A DNA stretch of 48,346 nucleotides, from positions 53,991,313 through 54,039,658 of the forward strand of contig NC_057728.1 of assembly GCF_004010195.1 (NCBI RefSeq), written 5' to 3'. The DNA is from Chiloscyllium plagiosum. Taxonomy: Eukaryota. Both the position numbers and the translations under genes were made by a program. Below, one piece after another: positions 23,776 through 36,500 of this stretch (position 1 is the stretch's first letter; each line of letters starts with the position of its first letter). Below the pieces are notes generated by a model. It did not search any database. It was not told the origin of the DNA and saw only the letters and a program-made list of their open reading frames with translations.

Positions 23776-24574
23776 TTATTTTGGGACAATCTTTAATTAC
23801 TTCTTACCGTTAAGTCACTTCCCAATAAAGTGGAGCAAAGTAAATGATGCATGCGCTGTCACACACTGGTTTCAGTGATATCGCTGCCAATAACCTCAGA
23901 CCTCTCCTGTATTGTGCCCTGTAGCCACTCCTTTTAGTTATTTTCTAATCAGATTTTATGATTTACCTCTAGGGCAGATGGGACTTGACCGTAGGTCACC
24001 TGGCTCAAAGGTAGGGTCACTACCACTGCACCACAAGCACTGTTATATGCCCCTGCCATGGTTTGTATTCATCAACAATAAATGCTGCTTGCTGCTGTTA
24101 GCAGAACTCTCCCAGATGCCTCTTTGTTTTAGTTTCCTCTTCCCACGCATTAGACGTCTGCTTTCCCACCCACCCCGATTTGGTACCACAGCAAGTTTAG
24201 CCAAATGTGGTTTTGTATCTACTTGTGACGTACTAACGTACAAATAGCAGTGGTGCCAAGCACTGATCCCAGAGTGAACCTCCTATCATGTCAAAGCAGC
24301 ATCCTTCACAACAACCTTTGCTCTCATCGGTTTGGCAAATTATCAGTCCACTTCAATAGCTCAACTCATATTCCACACCTATCTCCCATGTGAGCTACTT
24401 GTTAATATAAAAGGTCTTGTTGAAATCTAAATATAATCACAGTCACAGATTTTCCATTGTCAACAAATCCATTGTATTCTCAAAGAACATTGGTGAAGTT
24501 GTTAAGCATTGCTTCATTCTCAGTACACTCTACCTCCTGGGTTTAGTCTCTGGTGTCACTCTAAAACCTTACCA

Positions 24575-25250
24575 ATTAGAAGAATGAGTGATCTCTTTGA
24601 AACATACAAGATTCTGAGGGGCTTAACATGGTTGATACTGAGAAGTTGTTTCCACTACTGGGGTAATGTCAAACTAGGGGATATAGTCACAGAATCAGGA
24701 GACACTCATTTAAAACTGAATGTGAAGGTATTCCTTTCCTCCTGAGGATAGTGAATATCTGGAATTCTCTATCCCAGAACATTGTGGAGGTTAGGTCACT
24801 GAAAGTATTTTAAGAGGAGTTGATACATTTTAAAATGTCAGAGTGTTAAATGGCACAAATGAGAAGTTGAAGACTTGGGCAGATCAGCAGGATCTTGTTT
24901 AATGGTGATGTATTCTTGAAAGGCTGAATGACCTACTCTTCTATTTCTCGTAGAGTCATAGAGATATACAGCATGGAAACAGACCCTTCAGTCCAACCCT
25001 TCCATGCAGAGCATATATCCTAAATTAATCCAGTCCCAGCATTTGGCCCATATCTCTCAAAACCTTTCCTACTCTTATACCCATTCAGATGCCTTTTAAA
25101 TGTTGTAATTGTACAAGCCTCCACTACTTTCTCTGGCAGCTCACTCCATACATACAACATCCTCTTATGTGAAAAAATTGCCCCTTAGGTCCTTTTTAAA
25201 TCTTTCCCCTCTCACCTACATCTGCTAGATTTGGACTACCTTATTCGGGG
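24575..25250. mobile_element. Two tail-to-tail CR1 3' fragments
   Basis: Plus old CR1 at about 24575-24950, and a minus HER1-type tail from AGAGTCATAGAG at about 24952. Confidence 0.8.
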
Positions 25251-25483
25251 AATATATCTTACCTTGCCTTATCCACCCAGCGACTATCTCTTTTCAAACC
25301 AAACCTATCTCAGTGAGTATGTCCTACTGTGGTATAACCATTGAGGCAATTCCTAATTGCTCTTTCTGATGGTGTTCCAATACTTTACCCACAAAAGAAG
25401 TTAAATCTTCAAAGTTTGTGCGAAGATTTATAGCTCGGGTGCTCGTTGTTGTGGTTCTGTTCGCCGAGCTGTAAGTTTTTGTT

Positions 25484-25523
25484 GCAAACGTTTCGTCCCC
25501 TGGCTAGGTGACATCATCAGTGC
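25484..25523 (-). ncRNA. Minimal type I hammerhead ribozyme (family D), intact core
   Basis: Minus strand: GCA-CTGATGA-T-GTCACCT(AGCC)AGGGGAC-GAA-ACGT-T-TGC. Confidence 0.82.
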
Positions 25524-25918
25524 TTGGGAGCCTCCTGCGAAGCGCTTCTTTGATGTTTCCTCCGGTGTTTATAGTGGTCTGTCCCTGCCGCTTCCGGTTG
25601 AAGACAGGAAGGCAGCTAACAATCCGCATACATGAACATCAACTAGCCACGAAACATCACGACCAGCTATCCTTAGTAGCCACACACGCAGACAACAAGC
25701 AACATGAATTCGACAAGGACAACACTACTATCATAGGGCAAGCCAAACAGAGAACAGCCAGGGAATTCCTAGAGGCATAGCATTCATCCACAAACTCCAT
25801 CAACAAACACATCGACCTGGACCCAATATACCACCTGATGCAGCTTTGTTTGTGTGTGTTGGGGTGGTTACTTTCATCGTTTAGGACTTGGTCTGTGTGT
25901 GTGGCTTTCCTGTATACC

Positions 25919-26037
25919 CTATTCAAAAGGGCACTATTCAAAAGGGCACTATTCAAAAGGGCACTATTCAAAAGGGCACTATTCAAAAGGGCACTATTCA
26001 AAAGGGCACTATTCAAAAGGGCACTATTCAAAAGGGC
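25919..26037 (+). repeat. 15-bp tandem repeat (CTATTCAAAAGGGCA) x8
   Basis: Eight consecutive units with no spacers, derived from the PLE codons LFKRA. Confidence 0.97.
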
Positions 26038-27499
26038 CACAACACACTGCAGCACACCAGAACTGCAAAAAGAGGAAGAGGAACACCTATACTAGGTATT
26101 CGCCAAAAACGGATATCCTCGCAATTTCATCAACAGATGCCTAAGAGAAAGACCACGGGACGAGGACATACCACAACCAAAAGGACTAGCCACACTACCA
26201 TACATCAGGAGCATCTCGGAACTGACAGCCAGAGTACTGCGACCCCTAGGACTCATAACGGCACTCAAACCAACAGCCACGCTCAGACAACAAGAACGAA
26301 GGACCCGATACCCTTCAAGACGAATGTAGTGTACAAAATACCATGCAAGGACTGCAGTAAACACTATATAGGACAAACAGGAAGACCGCTAACAATCCGC
26401 ATACATGACCATCAACTAGCCACGAAACGACACGACCAGCTATCCTTAGTAGCCACACACGCAGACAACAAGTAACATGAATTCGACTGGGACAACACTA
26501 CTATCATAGGGCAAGCCAGACAGAGAACAGCCAGGGAATTCCTAGAGGCATGGCATTCATCCACAAACTCCATCAACAAACACATCGACCTGGATCCAAT
26601 ATACCAACCACTACAGCGGACAGCTGAAACTGACAACCGGAAGCGGCAGGGACAGACCACTGTAAACACCGGAGGAAACATCAAAGAAGCGCTTCGCAGG
26701 AGGCTCCCAAGCACTGATGATGTTGTCGAGCCAGGGGACGAAATGTTTGCAACAAAAACTTCCAGCTCGGCGAACAGAACCACAACAGAAGTTAAATCTT
26801 ATTAGAAATGATGACCTCTGCATTTGTTGTAAACACTATTTATAATACTTACATGTGTTTAACCCTTTAACTGCAAGGGTTTGTCAAATAATTGACCTTC
26901 CCAAGGGCAGTATGCATTCTGGAACCAAAGTAGGGAGATGAAATAAGACCAACCTTGATCTAAACAAATGGTGAAACAGACTCAATGGGCTGGATAGCCT
27001 GTTCCTGTTGGTATTATCCCCCTCATCATCTGCCTTGTTCAAGTTGGAGGTTTGCACTGTGCTTACCCAAGTTATTCTTGTTCATATTGTCTAAGCCAGT
27101 ACTCCATTAAAGGGTTAACTGACATTGCAAGATGAACTCAGCCATCAGGATATAAAGGACTGCTCCTAAGAGGAGCTAATGGGCATGTACTGTTCCAGTT
27201 CTCCATGGGTTCACCAGAGTGTGTATAGTGCTTCAGTTGTTGTTCTTAATGTTAACAACATATAGCTAAAGTATTAAAGCCTGTGCTTATTCTTAAGTTG
27301 ACCCTAATGTTTCATATGAGACAACCATGTATCTAGGATGCAATGCAACAACTTTCAGATAATACGTAATAAACTTATGTACTGTTCATCAAAACTGAAC
27401 CTATCTTTGGTTGTGCATGCATCTCAAGCCATTCTCATATCTCATTGTTTAAGCAAAGGCCAACACAAAAGGACTATGTCTCCATATTTTCCCATATTA

Positions 27500-27830
27500 G
27501 GGAGGCAATGGCAGAGTGGTATTATTGCTAGACGTTAAGCCAGAAACCCAGCTAATATTCTGGGGACCCAGGTTCAAAGCTTGCCACAGCAGATGGTAGA
27601 ATTTGAATTCAATAAAAATCTGAATTTAGAGTCTCATTGTTGGAAAAGCATACCTGGTTCACTAATGTCCTTCACAAAGAAAACTGCCATGTTTACCTGG
27701 TCTGGCCTATGCATGACTCTAGACACCATAGCACTTGGTTGACTCTGAGCTGCCTTCTGGGCAATTAGAGATGGGCATTAAATGCAGGCCCAGCCAGTGA
27801 CACCCTCATTCCATGAATGAATAAAAGAAA
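27500..27830 (+). mobile_element. tRNA-derived SINE, near full length, LINE-derived tail
   Basis: GGAGGCAATGGCAGAGTGGT A-box, GGTTCAAAGC B-box-like motif, tail ATGAATGAATAAAA shared with the LINE at 8035-8247. Confidence 0.85.
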
Positions 27831-27966
27831 GTTTCACACTGGATAAGGGAGGAAGATCAGAATGCAATTTTAGCAAAAGTGGAGTGAATGGGCCCTATCA
27901 AATTCCCATTGTATTCCTATGGCTTTCCCTGTTCAAACTAGATTTAGTGCAACTCAGAGATGTTAG

Positions 27967-28165
27967 TCGAGAGTGTGGTGCTGGAAAAGCACAGCAGGTC
28001 AGGCAGCATCCAAGCAGCAGGACAATCTTCATCAGGAATTCACGATGAATGTCTTATGCCCGAAGTGTCGATTTTCCTGCTCCTTGGATGCTGCCTGACC
28101 TGCTGTGCTTTTCCAGCACCACACTCTCGACTCTGATCTCCAGCATCTGCAGTCCTTACTTTCTC
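27967..28165. mobile_element. Palindromic non-autonomous PLE (family A)
   Basis: 14-bp TSD CTCAGAGATGTTAG (27953-27966, 28166-28179). About 55-bp near-perfect inverted arms plus an unpaired tail. Confidence 0.9.
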
Positions 28166-28495
28166 CTCAGAGATGTTAGCCTACAACATCAAATGTGGAA
28201 TCAGCACAAGCAACAGTCCTCATTTGGAAGAGACGCTGAAAGTTTGAAAAATCTCATCGAGATAACCATGTTTTCTTTGTTCCAAAGGTAAGCAGGAGCT
28301 ATTTACAGGTCGTTCCACTGAGCTGTCTGAACCACCAGTTTTGAAGAAAAGTCATATTTTATTCAAATAATTAACCTTGTTGCTGGGTTTCTCCAGAGCT
28401 GCTTTTATTTAAGATCTACAGCATCTACAGTATGTGGTTATCAATTCAGCTGGTGTGTGAATTCGACATGGAAATTAGCTATACAGCATCGAGCA

Positions 28496-29196
28496 GGAGG
28501 CTGGAGGAACACAGCAAGCCAAGAAGCATCAGGAGGTGGAGAAGTCAACGTTTCAAGTGTAACCCTTCTTCAGAATTGGGGGTGGGTGTACGTGAAATTG
28601 GAGGAGGAAGATAAGGTGTTGTTCCCCAATTTGCGGTTTGGTTCATTGTAACAAGCCCAGGATGATCATGTTGGAAAGGGAGTGGTCAGGGGAATTGAAA
28701 TGGATGGTGACTGGGAGGTCCAGTCAGCCCCTGCAAGCCCGGCTGAGATGCTCGGCGAACCACTCCCTAAGTTTACGTTCGGTCTCCCCGATGTAGGGAA
28801 GACCACATTGGGAGCACCTGATGCAGTAAAGCAGGTTGGAAGAGAGGCAGATGAACTAAATCTCACCTGGACAGACTGTTTGGGGCCCTGGGTGAAAGTG
28901 ATGGGGGTGGTGTACTGGCAGATTTTGCATCTTTTGCAGGGGAAGATACCTGGGGGTTGAATGGGGTTGGTGGGGAAAGTGGCACAAATCAACGACTGTC
29001 AAAGGGAATGGTCCTTGCAGAAGCCAGAGAGGAGTGGGGAAGGGAGGATATGCTTGCTGATGGAGCCTAGTTGGAATTGATTACACCCGAAATGTCGACT
29101 TCTCCACCTCCTGACACTGCCTGGCTTACTGTGTTCTTCCAGCCTCCTGCCTGTCTATTTTGGATTCCAACATATGCAGTTCCTTTTTGTCTCTAA
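28496..29196 (-). mobile_element. Neptune-type PLE fragment with inverted pseudo-LTRs
   Basis: Peptide PPGIFPCKRCKICQY (Cys linker). TSD ACA(G/A)CATCGAGCA (28483-28495, 29197-29209). Minus hammerhead CTGAAGA-AGGGT..GAAACGTTGAC at about 28545-28575. Confidence 0.85.
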
Positions 29197-29919
29197 ACAA
29201 CATCGAGCAACCAAAGAAATTAACCTGTTCCAATAAAAATCTAACTGAGAACTACTTCTTAGAAGTTTCACAGTAAGAAACTACCTACTGTGAACTTTTG
29301 CCTGAAGAGACCATCAACTTTAGAGCATCAAAGCCATCCATGAATCTAACAGCTTTCTAAATGGGAGATGAGAGATCATAAATTAGAGACTGACCGAACT
29401 ATAAAAGTGCACTGTATTTACATTGAATTGTGTGTGTGTATGTGCATGTGTGTGTCTGAGTGTGTGAAACACATAGGGTACCTGTTCTTTATTCTTACAC
29501 TCACAAAACTTTGTTGCTGTGTTATTTCATAGGGATACACATTTCAAGGGAAAAGACATAACTCTTTCTATACAAAACATACCAATCACTGGAAGGAAGA
29601 GAAAATATACATTCCATCTATCATACTTGTGTATAAATTAATTTTAAAAAGTTTAAATTTTACACTATTTCACAAGTACGTCACATTCAATAAACCAAGT
29701 TTCTGAACTGTCCTGAAAGTAGCCAATTTACATTTAGCAAGACCCCTTGAACAGCTAATGGGATCAATAATTAGTTAAACTGGCTTTATAATGTTGGGTC
29801 CAAAAGATAGAACATATGTAGGGATCCTTCAATACTATGGATCATAAAGACTAGTACAGACTGACTGGCCCTTTCCTGTATTGTATGTTCTTTGTATACT
29901 GGACTGCTGGCTTAGGTTA

Positions 29920-30285
29920 CATGCTGGACAGGGTTACTGGCTCAGAGACAAGACCAATGTTCCAGGAACATGAACTTGAATCCCAATATGCCAGATGGTC
30001 AAATTCAAGTTCAATAAAGTTCTGAAATTTTTTTAAAAATCTAGCCTAATGGCAACCGTGGAACCAGTGTCAATTGTTGTAAAACCCAGTTGGATCCTTA
30101 ATGTCCTTTAGGGAAGAAAATGTGCCATCTTTATCAGTTTGGATCTAGATGTAACACCAGATCCTTCGCAATGTCTCTTGATTGCCTTCTGAAATGGATC
30201 TGGCAAGCTTGAGGGGCAATTAGGGATGGGCAATAATGATGCCAGCCCAGCCAGTGACACCCACATGCTATGCCCAAATTTTAAA
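29920..30285 (+). mobile_element. tRNA-derived SINE (27500 family), older
   Basis: Core and tail similarity to 27500-27830. Confidence 0.75.
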
Positions 30286-31029
30286 AAGACAGATTTGGAA
30301 GGAATTGCAATGAAAGCAAAGGACCCTGTATCAAACTAAGAGAAATGGAATTTGGGCAAAGATATTGATGGCAACTGAAAAATGACATCCCTTCAAATAT
30401 CACAAAAGGAGAAAAATGAACAAATCAAATAATTTAACTTGCAGAGAACCACTTTTATTTCCAAACAAGAGAAGGCAGAGTTGGTGGATTGTGAAATGAT
30501 TATCCATGAATATACAAGGAACTAATTGTGGCTTGAATCTAATGAATAATTAATCATTGAAAGTATGTCCCTAAAGGAACTCTTACTGTAGTCTTCTTAA
30601 ATTATTAAGCATCTTTGGAGTCTGTGAGCCACCGAGAGAAAGCGATTACAAGGGTTTCTTTGTGTCTGGCTGCCTACAAACATCTTGGAAATACAGTGTC
30701 ACAATCCGCTGATAAACATGACATCAATTAACGTAATATTTCAATTGATTGAACACAAATAGAGCATGGTTGTGATGCAGGAATAACATCCTCCTGAAAA
30801 TATGTTACAGTGCTGACAGGAATATTGAAGTAGATCATTCTGTTTCTGAAGCACTTTGCAGTTCATCGCACTGAGCTACATTTTTCTGCCGAACAATAGG
30901 GAAGCCTGTCATCTTATGGTCAGCTATCTAGCTCTCAGTCTGAACTCCTTATTCAGGCAGTCTACTCAGGCTCGCTGGTATCTGCCATTGCTCTTTGTGT
31001 TTGAACAGGTCGATTCACCATCCCCCAGA

Positions 31030-31240
31030 TGTGTGTGTGTGTGTGTGAATGTATACGAGTCTGAATATGTCTGAGTGTGAATGTGATTGTGTGAGTGAGT
31101 CAGTACATGGGAGTACAAATGTGTGTGTGTGAATGTATATAAGTGTGCATGTGTGGATGCATATGGGTATGAATGTGTGAATATGAATATGAATGAGTCT
31201 AAGTGTATGTGAGTGTAAATGTGAATGTATGAGTCACATG
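31030..31240. repeat. Degenerate (GT)n tract
   Basis: Directly visible. Confidence 0.85.
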
Positions 31241-32079
31241 TTTCCATTAAGATAAACTGTGGCCCTTCCTTTCTCTGTTTGATAATTCAATCATGCAACA
31301 GCAAAGGCTTTGCTCCCATGTGTTCTCCTTGCAGGTCATGTGTCATGAGGAATTTCTCTCTTGCAGGAAGGATATTCCTGCTGACTGACATGTGCAGTGG
31401 GGGCTGACTGTTGAGTCAGGTCAAATGACAGCTGCAGCCAAACTAGCTCCTTCACCATTTTAAAAATAAATAAGCACAAGGCATGAGTCCTTGCCCAGAT
31501 AGATATATTTTTGTATGGATTCCATTACCATTCCCATCCAAAAATAATAGTTAGTGTAAACACTGCAGAGTGGGAGAGCCTGCCTTGCCTTTATAATAGT
31601 GTATGTCGGCTGTTCTGCAGTAGCAGGGTGGGTCAAAATCAACTGTCGATATGATTTTTTTTTAACTTGTAGGTATGAACTCTGATAACACAGGACTGAT
31701 ATGAAGATAGTGCAGACAGAAATAGCACCTTGAGAAAATCCAAATCCTAACAAGTATAAAAGAGTGTCACCCAGATTGTGTACTTGCTACATTATCAGAA
31801 ATTCACAAACAGTGCATTTTCATCACTGGTGGTTATTTAGTGGATAATTATAGCAAGGGATTACTGTACCTTCACTAGCAATTGATGAAGCTTAAATCAT
31901 GAGGATGTCAGTTCATTTAATGTCTTTCTTTTCACATTGACGCTTTGACTTGACCTCATTGTTGATCCCATTGACCCCTACTCCTGTTGCGTGCAATCTA
32001 AGTGTGGGCTGATTCCAATAACAGGCAATTAAAGCACAATTATCATTTCATTCCCATTAAGCAATGAGCTGTTCAGAAT

Positions 32080-33020
32080 GTTCTAAATATGTGAATCAGA
32101 AAGCGTTAGTATAACGCACACAGCAAGCGAATAGGAAAGCAACTGAAATGTTGTCATTTATTGCAATTGGAACTGAATATAAAAGTAGGACACTTATACA
32201 GGGTCTTAACTGGAGGGACCACATCTACAGTAATGTGTACAGTTTGGTTTCCTTAACTATTTAAGCAGTTTAGGAATAGTTCACTCATCGGATTCCAGGA
32301 ATGAAGGGACTATCTTATGAAGAAAGGTTGGACAGGTTAGACATCTATCCATTAGATTTAATGAATGAGAGACGAGGATTCAATTCCACCCTTGGATGAC
32401 TGTCTTTATAAAGTTTGCACATTCTCCCCATGTCTGCCTGGGTTTTCACTGTGTGCTCCAGTTTCCTCCCACAATCCAAAGATGTGCAGATTAGGTGGAT
32501 TGGCAATGCTAAATTGCCACATAATATCCAAGAATGTGCAGGCTCAGTGGATTAGCCATGGGAAAATACAGGGATTGGGTGGGTCTGGGTCCAATGCTCT
32601 TTAGAGGGTCAGTGCAGACTCTTTCCGCTTTGTATGGATTCAATGATTCTATGACTCTTTGGATAACTTGAGAAAAGCACTAGGAAACCTTATAGGACTA
32701 CAGACTGTCAAGTCTCCTGGACCTGATGGCCTGTACCCTTCGGTCTTAACGAAGTGGCTACAGATAGTGGATAAACAGGAGGCTGGAAGAACACAACAAA
32801 GCAAAGCAGCATCAGACACTGGATGCCTTGGTTGCAACTTTCCAAAGTCCTTTGGAATCTGAAAAGATTCCAGTCGATTGGAAAAATGTTAATGTAACCC
32901 ATCTATTCAAACAGAAAGGAGACCGAAACGTGGAATAGTATAACTGTTAGTCATCCAGAAAATGGCTAGAATCCATTATTAAGGAAGGAGTAGCAAGATA
33001 TTTAGAAAATCACAATACAA
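32080..33020 (+). mobile_element. CR1 fragments with an old V-SINE (about 32378-32655) and a small PLE piece (about 32768-32815)
   Basis: KSPGPDGLYP peptide, TATGAAGAAAGGTTG, and a V-domain. Confidence 0.75.
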
Positions 33021-33313
33021 CGTGGCACTGCTGCCTCACAGCACCAGAGACCTGGGTTCAATTCCCGCCTCAGACTGTGTGGAGTTTGCACGTTCTCCCC
33101 GTGTCTGCGTGGGTTTCTTCCGGGTGCTCCGGTTTCCTCCCACAGTCCAAAAATGTGCAGGTCAGGTGAATTGGCCATGCTAAATTGCCCGTAGTGTTAG
33201 GTAAGGGGTAAATGTAGGGGTATGGGTGGGTTGCGCTTCGGCGGGGCGGTGTGGACTTGTTGGGCCGAAGGGCCTGTTTCCACACTGTAAGTAATCTAAT
33301 CTAATCTAATCTA
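33021..33313 (+). mobile_element. HE1-type V-SINE, young
   Basis: CpG-rich, close to consensus, with (TCTAA)4 tail. Confidence 0.93.
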
Positions 33314-34094
33314 AACCTACTTGGGAAAACGTACTCTTTCTCAAGGGTAATGATTACATCAAAGTATGCAAAGTTCTCAACTGGCCTATCGATGGGATCA
33401 TAGAAAATACTGACTAGGTTCCTGTACTCAATAAAAGCTACTATTTTTGCAAATAAGTAAATTCTTATCACAAATAAACAGCTATGAATTATCAGCATTC
33501 GGCTCAATTTAGTGAAAACTCCTTTGAGTGGCTCATACGTGAGTCACAAAGTGTCAATATGTAGGTGCAGCAAATAATAGGAAGATAAATAGAGTGTCAG
33601 CCACTTGTGCAAGACAGATTGCAATAAAATTCCTGTGCCCCCAGTAAAAACAGAAGTCAGAGATTTGCAAGTTACTCCCATCTCAGAAGGAGAAAACAAG
33701 AAGGTTCTAAGTCATAAATAAAACAAACAGAAATCGCGGAGTGGGGTCTGGCTGCATTTGTTGGGAGAGAAACAGAGTTAACATTTGAGTCCAAAGACTC
33801 TTCTTCAAAAGTTTAAGGCAGCTGGAGAATTAGGTTTTTTATGGGGGGGGGGGGGGAGTATTTTTGTTGTTGGAACAAGTGGGATAAATGGTGAGGGTGA
33901 CCACAGGAAAAGGCGAAGGGATTGCTGATGGTCATAAAGGAGAGATTCAGAGGCAAAACAGGTGAGAACAAACTCAAGCAAACAATGCATTTCACAAGCT
34001 GGGACTTGGCATGTGATTAGAATGGAGACAGTGTTCTTGCTCTGAAGTTGTTAAACACAATATTGAGTCCTAAAGACTGTGAAGTGTCAAGGTA

Positions 34095-34355
34095 AGGTTA
34101 GCACTGCTGCATCACAGTGCCAGGGACCATGGGTTTGATTCCACCCTTGGGTGACTGTCTCTGTAGAGTTTTCATATTCTTCCTGTGTCAATGTGGGTTT
34201 CCTCTCACTGTCCAAAGGTGTGCAGGTTAGGTGGATTGGCCACGGGAGCTGAAGGGTTACGGGGATAGGGTAGGGGATGGGTGTCGGTGGGATGCTCATT
34301 GGAGGATGAGTGTGGACTCAATGGGCCAAATGGCCTGCTTCCAGGGATTCTATGT
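34095..34355 (+). mobile_element. Old V-SINE
   Basis: GGTTAGCACTGCTGCATCACAG head. Confidence 0.8.
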
Positions 34356-34369
34356 TTCTCAACCTCATT

Positions 34370-36265
34370 CTCCTGCCTTCTCTATGTAATCTTTGATCCC
34401 CTTACAAATCAAAACTCTAACTGTGTCTGTCTTAAATACACTCAATGGTCTCCACAGCCTTCAGTGGCAAAGAGCGCCATTGATTAACCACAGACTGGCT
34501 GAAGAAATTCCTCCTCATTCCAGCTCTAAAGGGTTGTCTCTTCACTCTGGGATTGTGCCCTTGGGTCATAGCCTCATGGAAACAACTTCTCCACATTCAC
34601 TCTATCCAGACCTCTCTGTAAGTTTCAATCAGACCCCACCACCCCTGCCTGCACCCCCCACCCCCGCTATCATCCTTCTAAATTCCATCAAGTGCAGACC
34701 CAGAATTTTCAACTGCTCCTCATATGACAAGCTCTTCATCCCCTGGATCATTCTATTAAACGTTTTTTGGATTCCCTCCAGTGCTAGCACATCTTTCCTT
34801 AGATACGGGGCCCAAAACTGCTTACAATATTCTAAATGTGGACTGAACGCAGCCTTACACGGCCTCAGCTGTATATCTCTGCTGTTGTGTTGTAGCCCTC
34901 TTGAAATGAATGCTAACATTGCATTTGCCTTCCTAACTGCCAACTGAACCTGAAAGTTAACCTTAAGAGAATTCTGAACTATGACTCTTAACTCCCTTTG
35001 TGCTTCAGATTTCCGAAGCCTTTCGCCATTTAGAAAATAGTCCACACCTCTATTCTTCCTAGCAAAATGCATAACCTCACACTTTTCCAAATCGTATTCC
35101 ATCTGCCACTTCTTTGCCCATTCCCCTCACCTGTCCATGTCCATCTGTAGCCTCCTCGCTTCCTCAACATTACCTGTCCCTCTATCTTTGTGTTATCTGC
35201 AAACTTGGCAACAATGTCCTCAGTTCCTCTTGTCCAGATCATTCATGTACAATGTGAACAGTTGTGTTTCCAACACTGACCCCTGCAGAACTCCACTAGT
35301 TATTGGCTGCTATCCTGGAAAAGACCCCATTATCCCTCTCCTTGCCTTCTGCCGGACAGCAAATCCTTTCTCCATGCCAGTACCTTGTCCCTAACACCAT
35401 GGGCTCTTATCTGGAAGCTTCCTGTGCAGCACCTTATCAAAGGCCTTCTGAAAATTCAAATAAATCATGTCCACTGGCTCTCCTTTATCTAACTTGCTTG
35501 TTACCTCCTGAAAGAATTCTAAAGGGTTTGTCTCTCATGACCTGCCCTTGATGAAGCTGTGCTGATTCAGCCCTATTTTACCATGCATTTCCAAGTACTC
35601 TGTAATCTCAACCTCAATAATGGATTCTAAAATCTTACCAATGACTGAGGTCAGGCTAACCAATACAGAGTTTCCTGTCTTTGACCACCCTCCCTTCTTA
35701 AACTGGGGCATTACATTAGCCATTTTGCAGTTCTCTGGGACCCTCCAATGATTCCTAAAAGATCACCGCAAATTCCTCTGCAATTTCCTCAGCAATTCAG
35801 AATTCTGGGATGTAGTCCATCTGGTCCAGGTTATTTATCCACCTTCAGATTTCCCTTCACCTTCTTCTTAGTGATGGCCTCTACACCCACATCTTCCCCA
35901 GACTCTCTTGAAGTTCTGGTATGCTGCTGCTGTCTTCCATCATGAAGTCGAATGCAAAGTAACTATTCTTTGATCACTAGTACTACTTCTCAAGCCTCAT
36001 TTTCTAGTGCTCTAATGTCCAGTCTTGTCTCTGTCTTATCTTTTATATATCCAAAAAGATTCTTGCAATTGTCTCTTATATTATTAACTAGCTTACCCTT
36101 ATATTTCTTATTGCTTTTTTAGTTGTCCTCTGATGGTTTTTAAAGGCTTCCCAATCCTCTAGCTTCCCTCTAACCTTCACCACATTGTCTGTTTCCTCTG
36201 TTTTCTTTTATGTGGTCCGTGACTTCCCTTGTCAGCCATGGTTACTTCATTCTCCCCTTAGTATA
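34370..36265 (-). mobile_element. CR1 LINE ORF2 (RT), long degenerate fragment
   Basis: Peptides ANVMPQFKKG..VSLTSVIGKILE, VAKFADNTKI, KCEVMHF..PHLEYCKQFWAP. Confidence 0.95.
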
Positions 36266-36269
36266 TTTC

Positions 36270-36500
36270 CACGTGCATTTAAATATGCAAAACAAGGTAA
36301 ATGAGCTTGTAGCATAGACTGAAATTGGGGGGAATGATGTTGTGGGTATCACAGAGGTGTGGCTGCAAGTGGATCAGGGCTGGGAATTAAATAAGCAAAG
36401 AGTCACATCCGATCAAAATGACAGGCAGTGAGCAGAGCGGGCAGGATTGCTTTGTCAGTAAGGAATGAAATCAAACCGATAGCGGGAATTGATATGGAGT
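36270..36500 (+). mobile_element. CR1 APE-endonuclease N-terminal fragment (opposite strand)
   Basis: AACAAGGTAAATGAGCTT..GATGTTGTGGGTATCACAGAGGTGTGGCTG translates as NKVNEL..DVVGITEVWL. Confidence 0.75.

Larger units (their letters stand above)
25410..26786 (+). mobile_element. Poseidon-type PLE, rearranged (family D), RT thumb plus GIY-YIG endonuclease
   Basis: 14-bp TSD AGAAGTTAAATCTT (25396-25409, 26787-26800). Peptides LFKRATTHCSTPEL and NVVYKIPCKDCSKHYIGQTGRPLTIRIHDH. Inverted left arm. Confidence 0.95.

Noticed and set aside
25919..26037. CRISPR-like or repeat-protein array
   Set aside because: Contiguous identical 15-mers with no spacers, derived from PLE coding sequence in a eukaryotic genome.
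33301..33507. Protein-like minus ORF (FYDPIDRPVENFAYFDVII)
   Set aside because: Weak acceptor and donor, no recognised homology, and it sits among repeat fragments.
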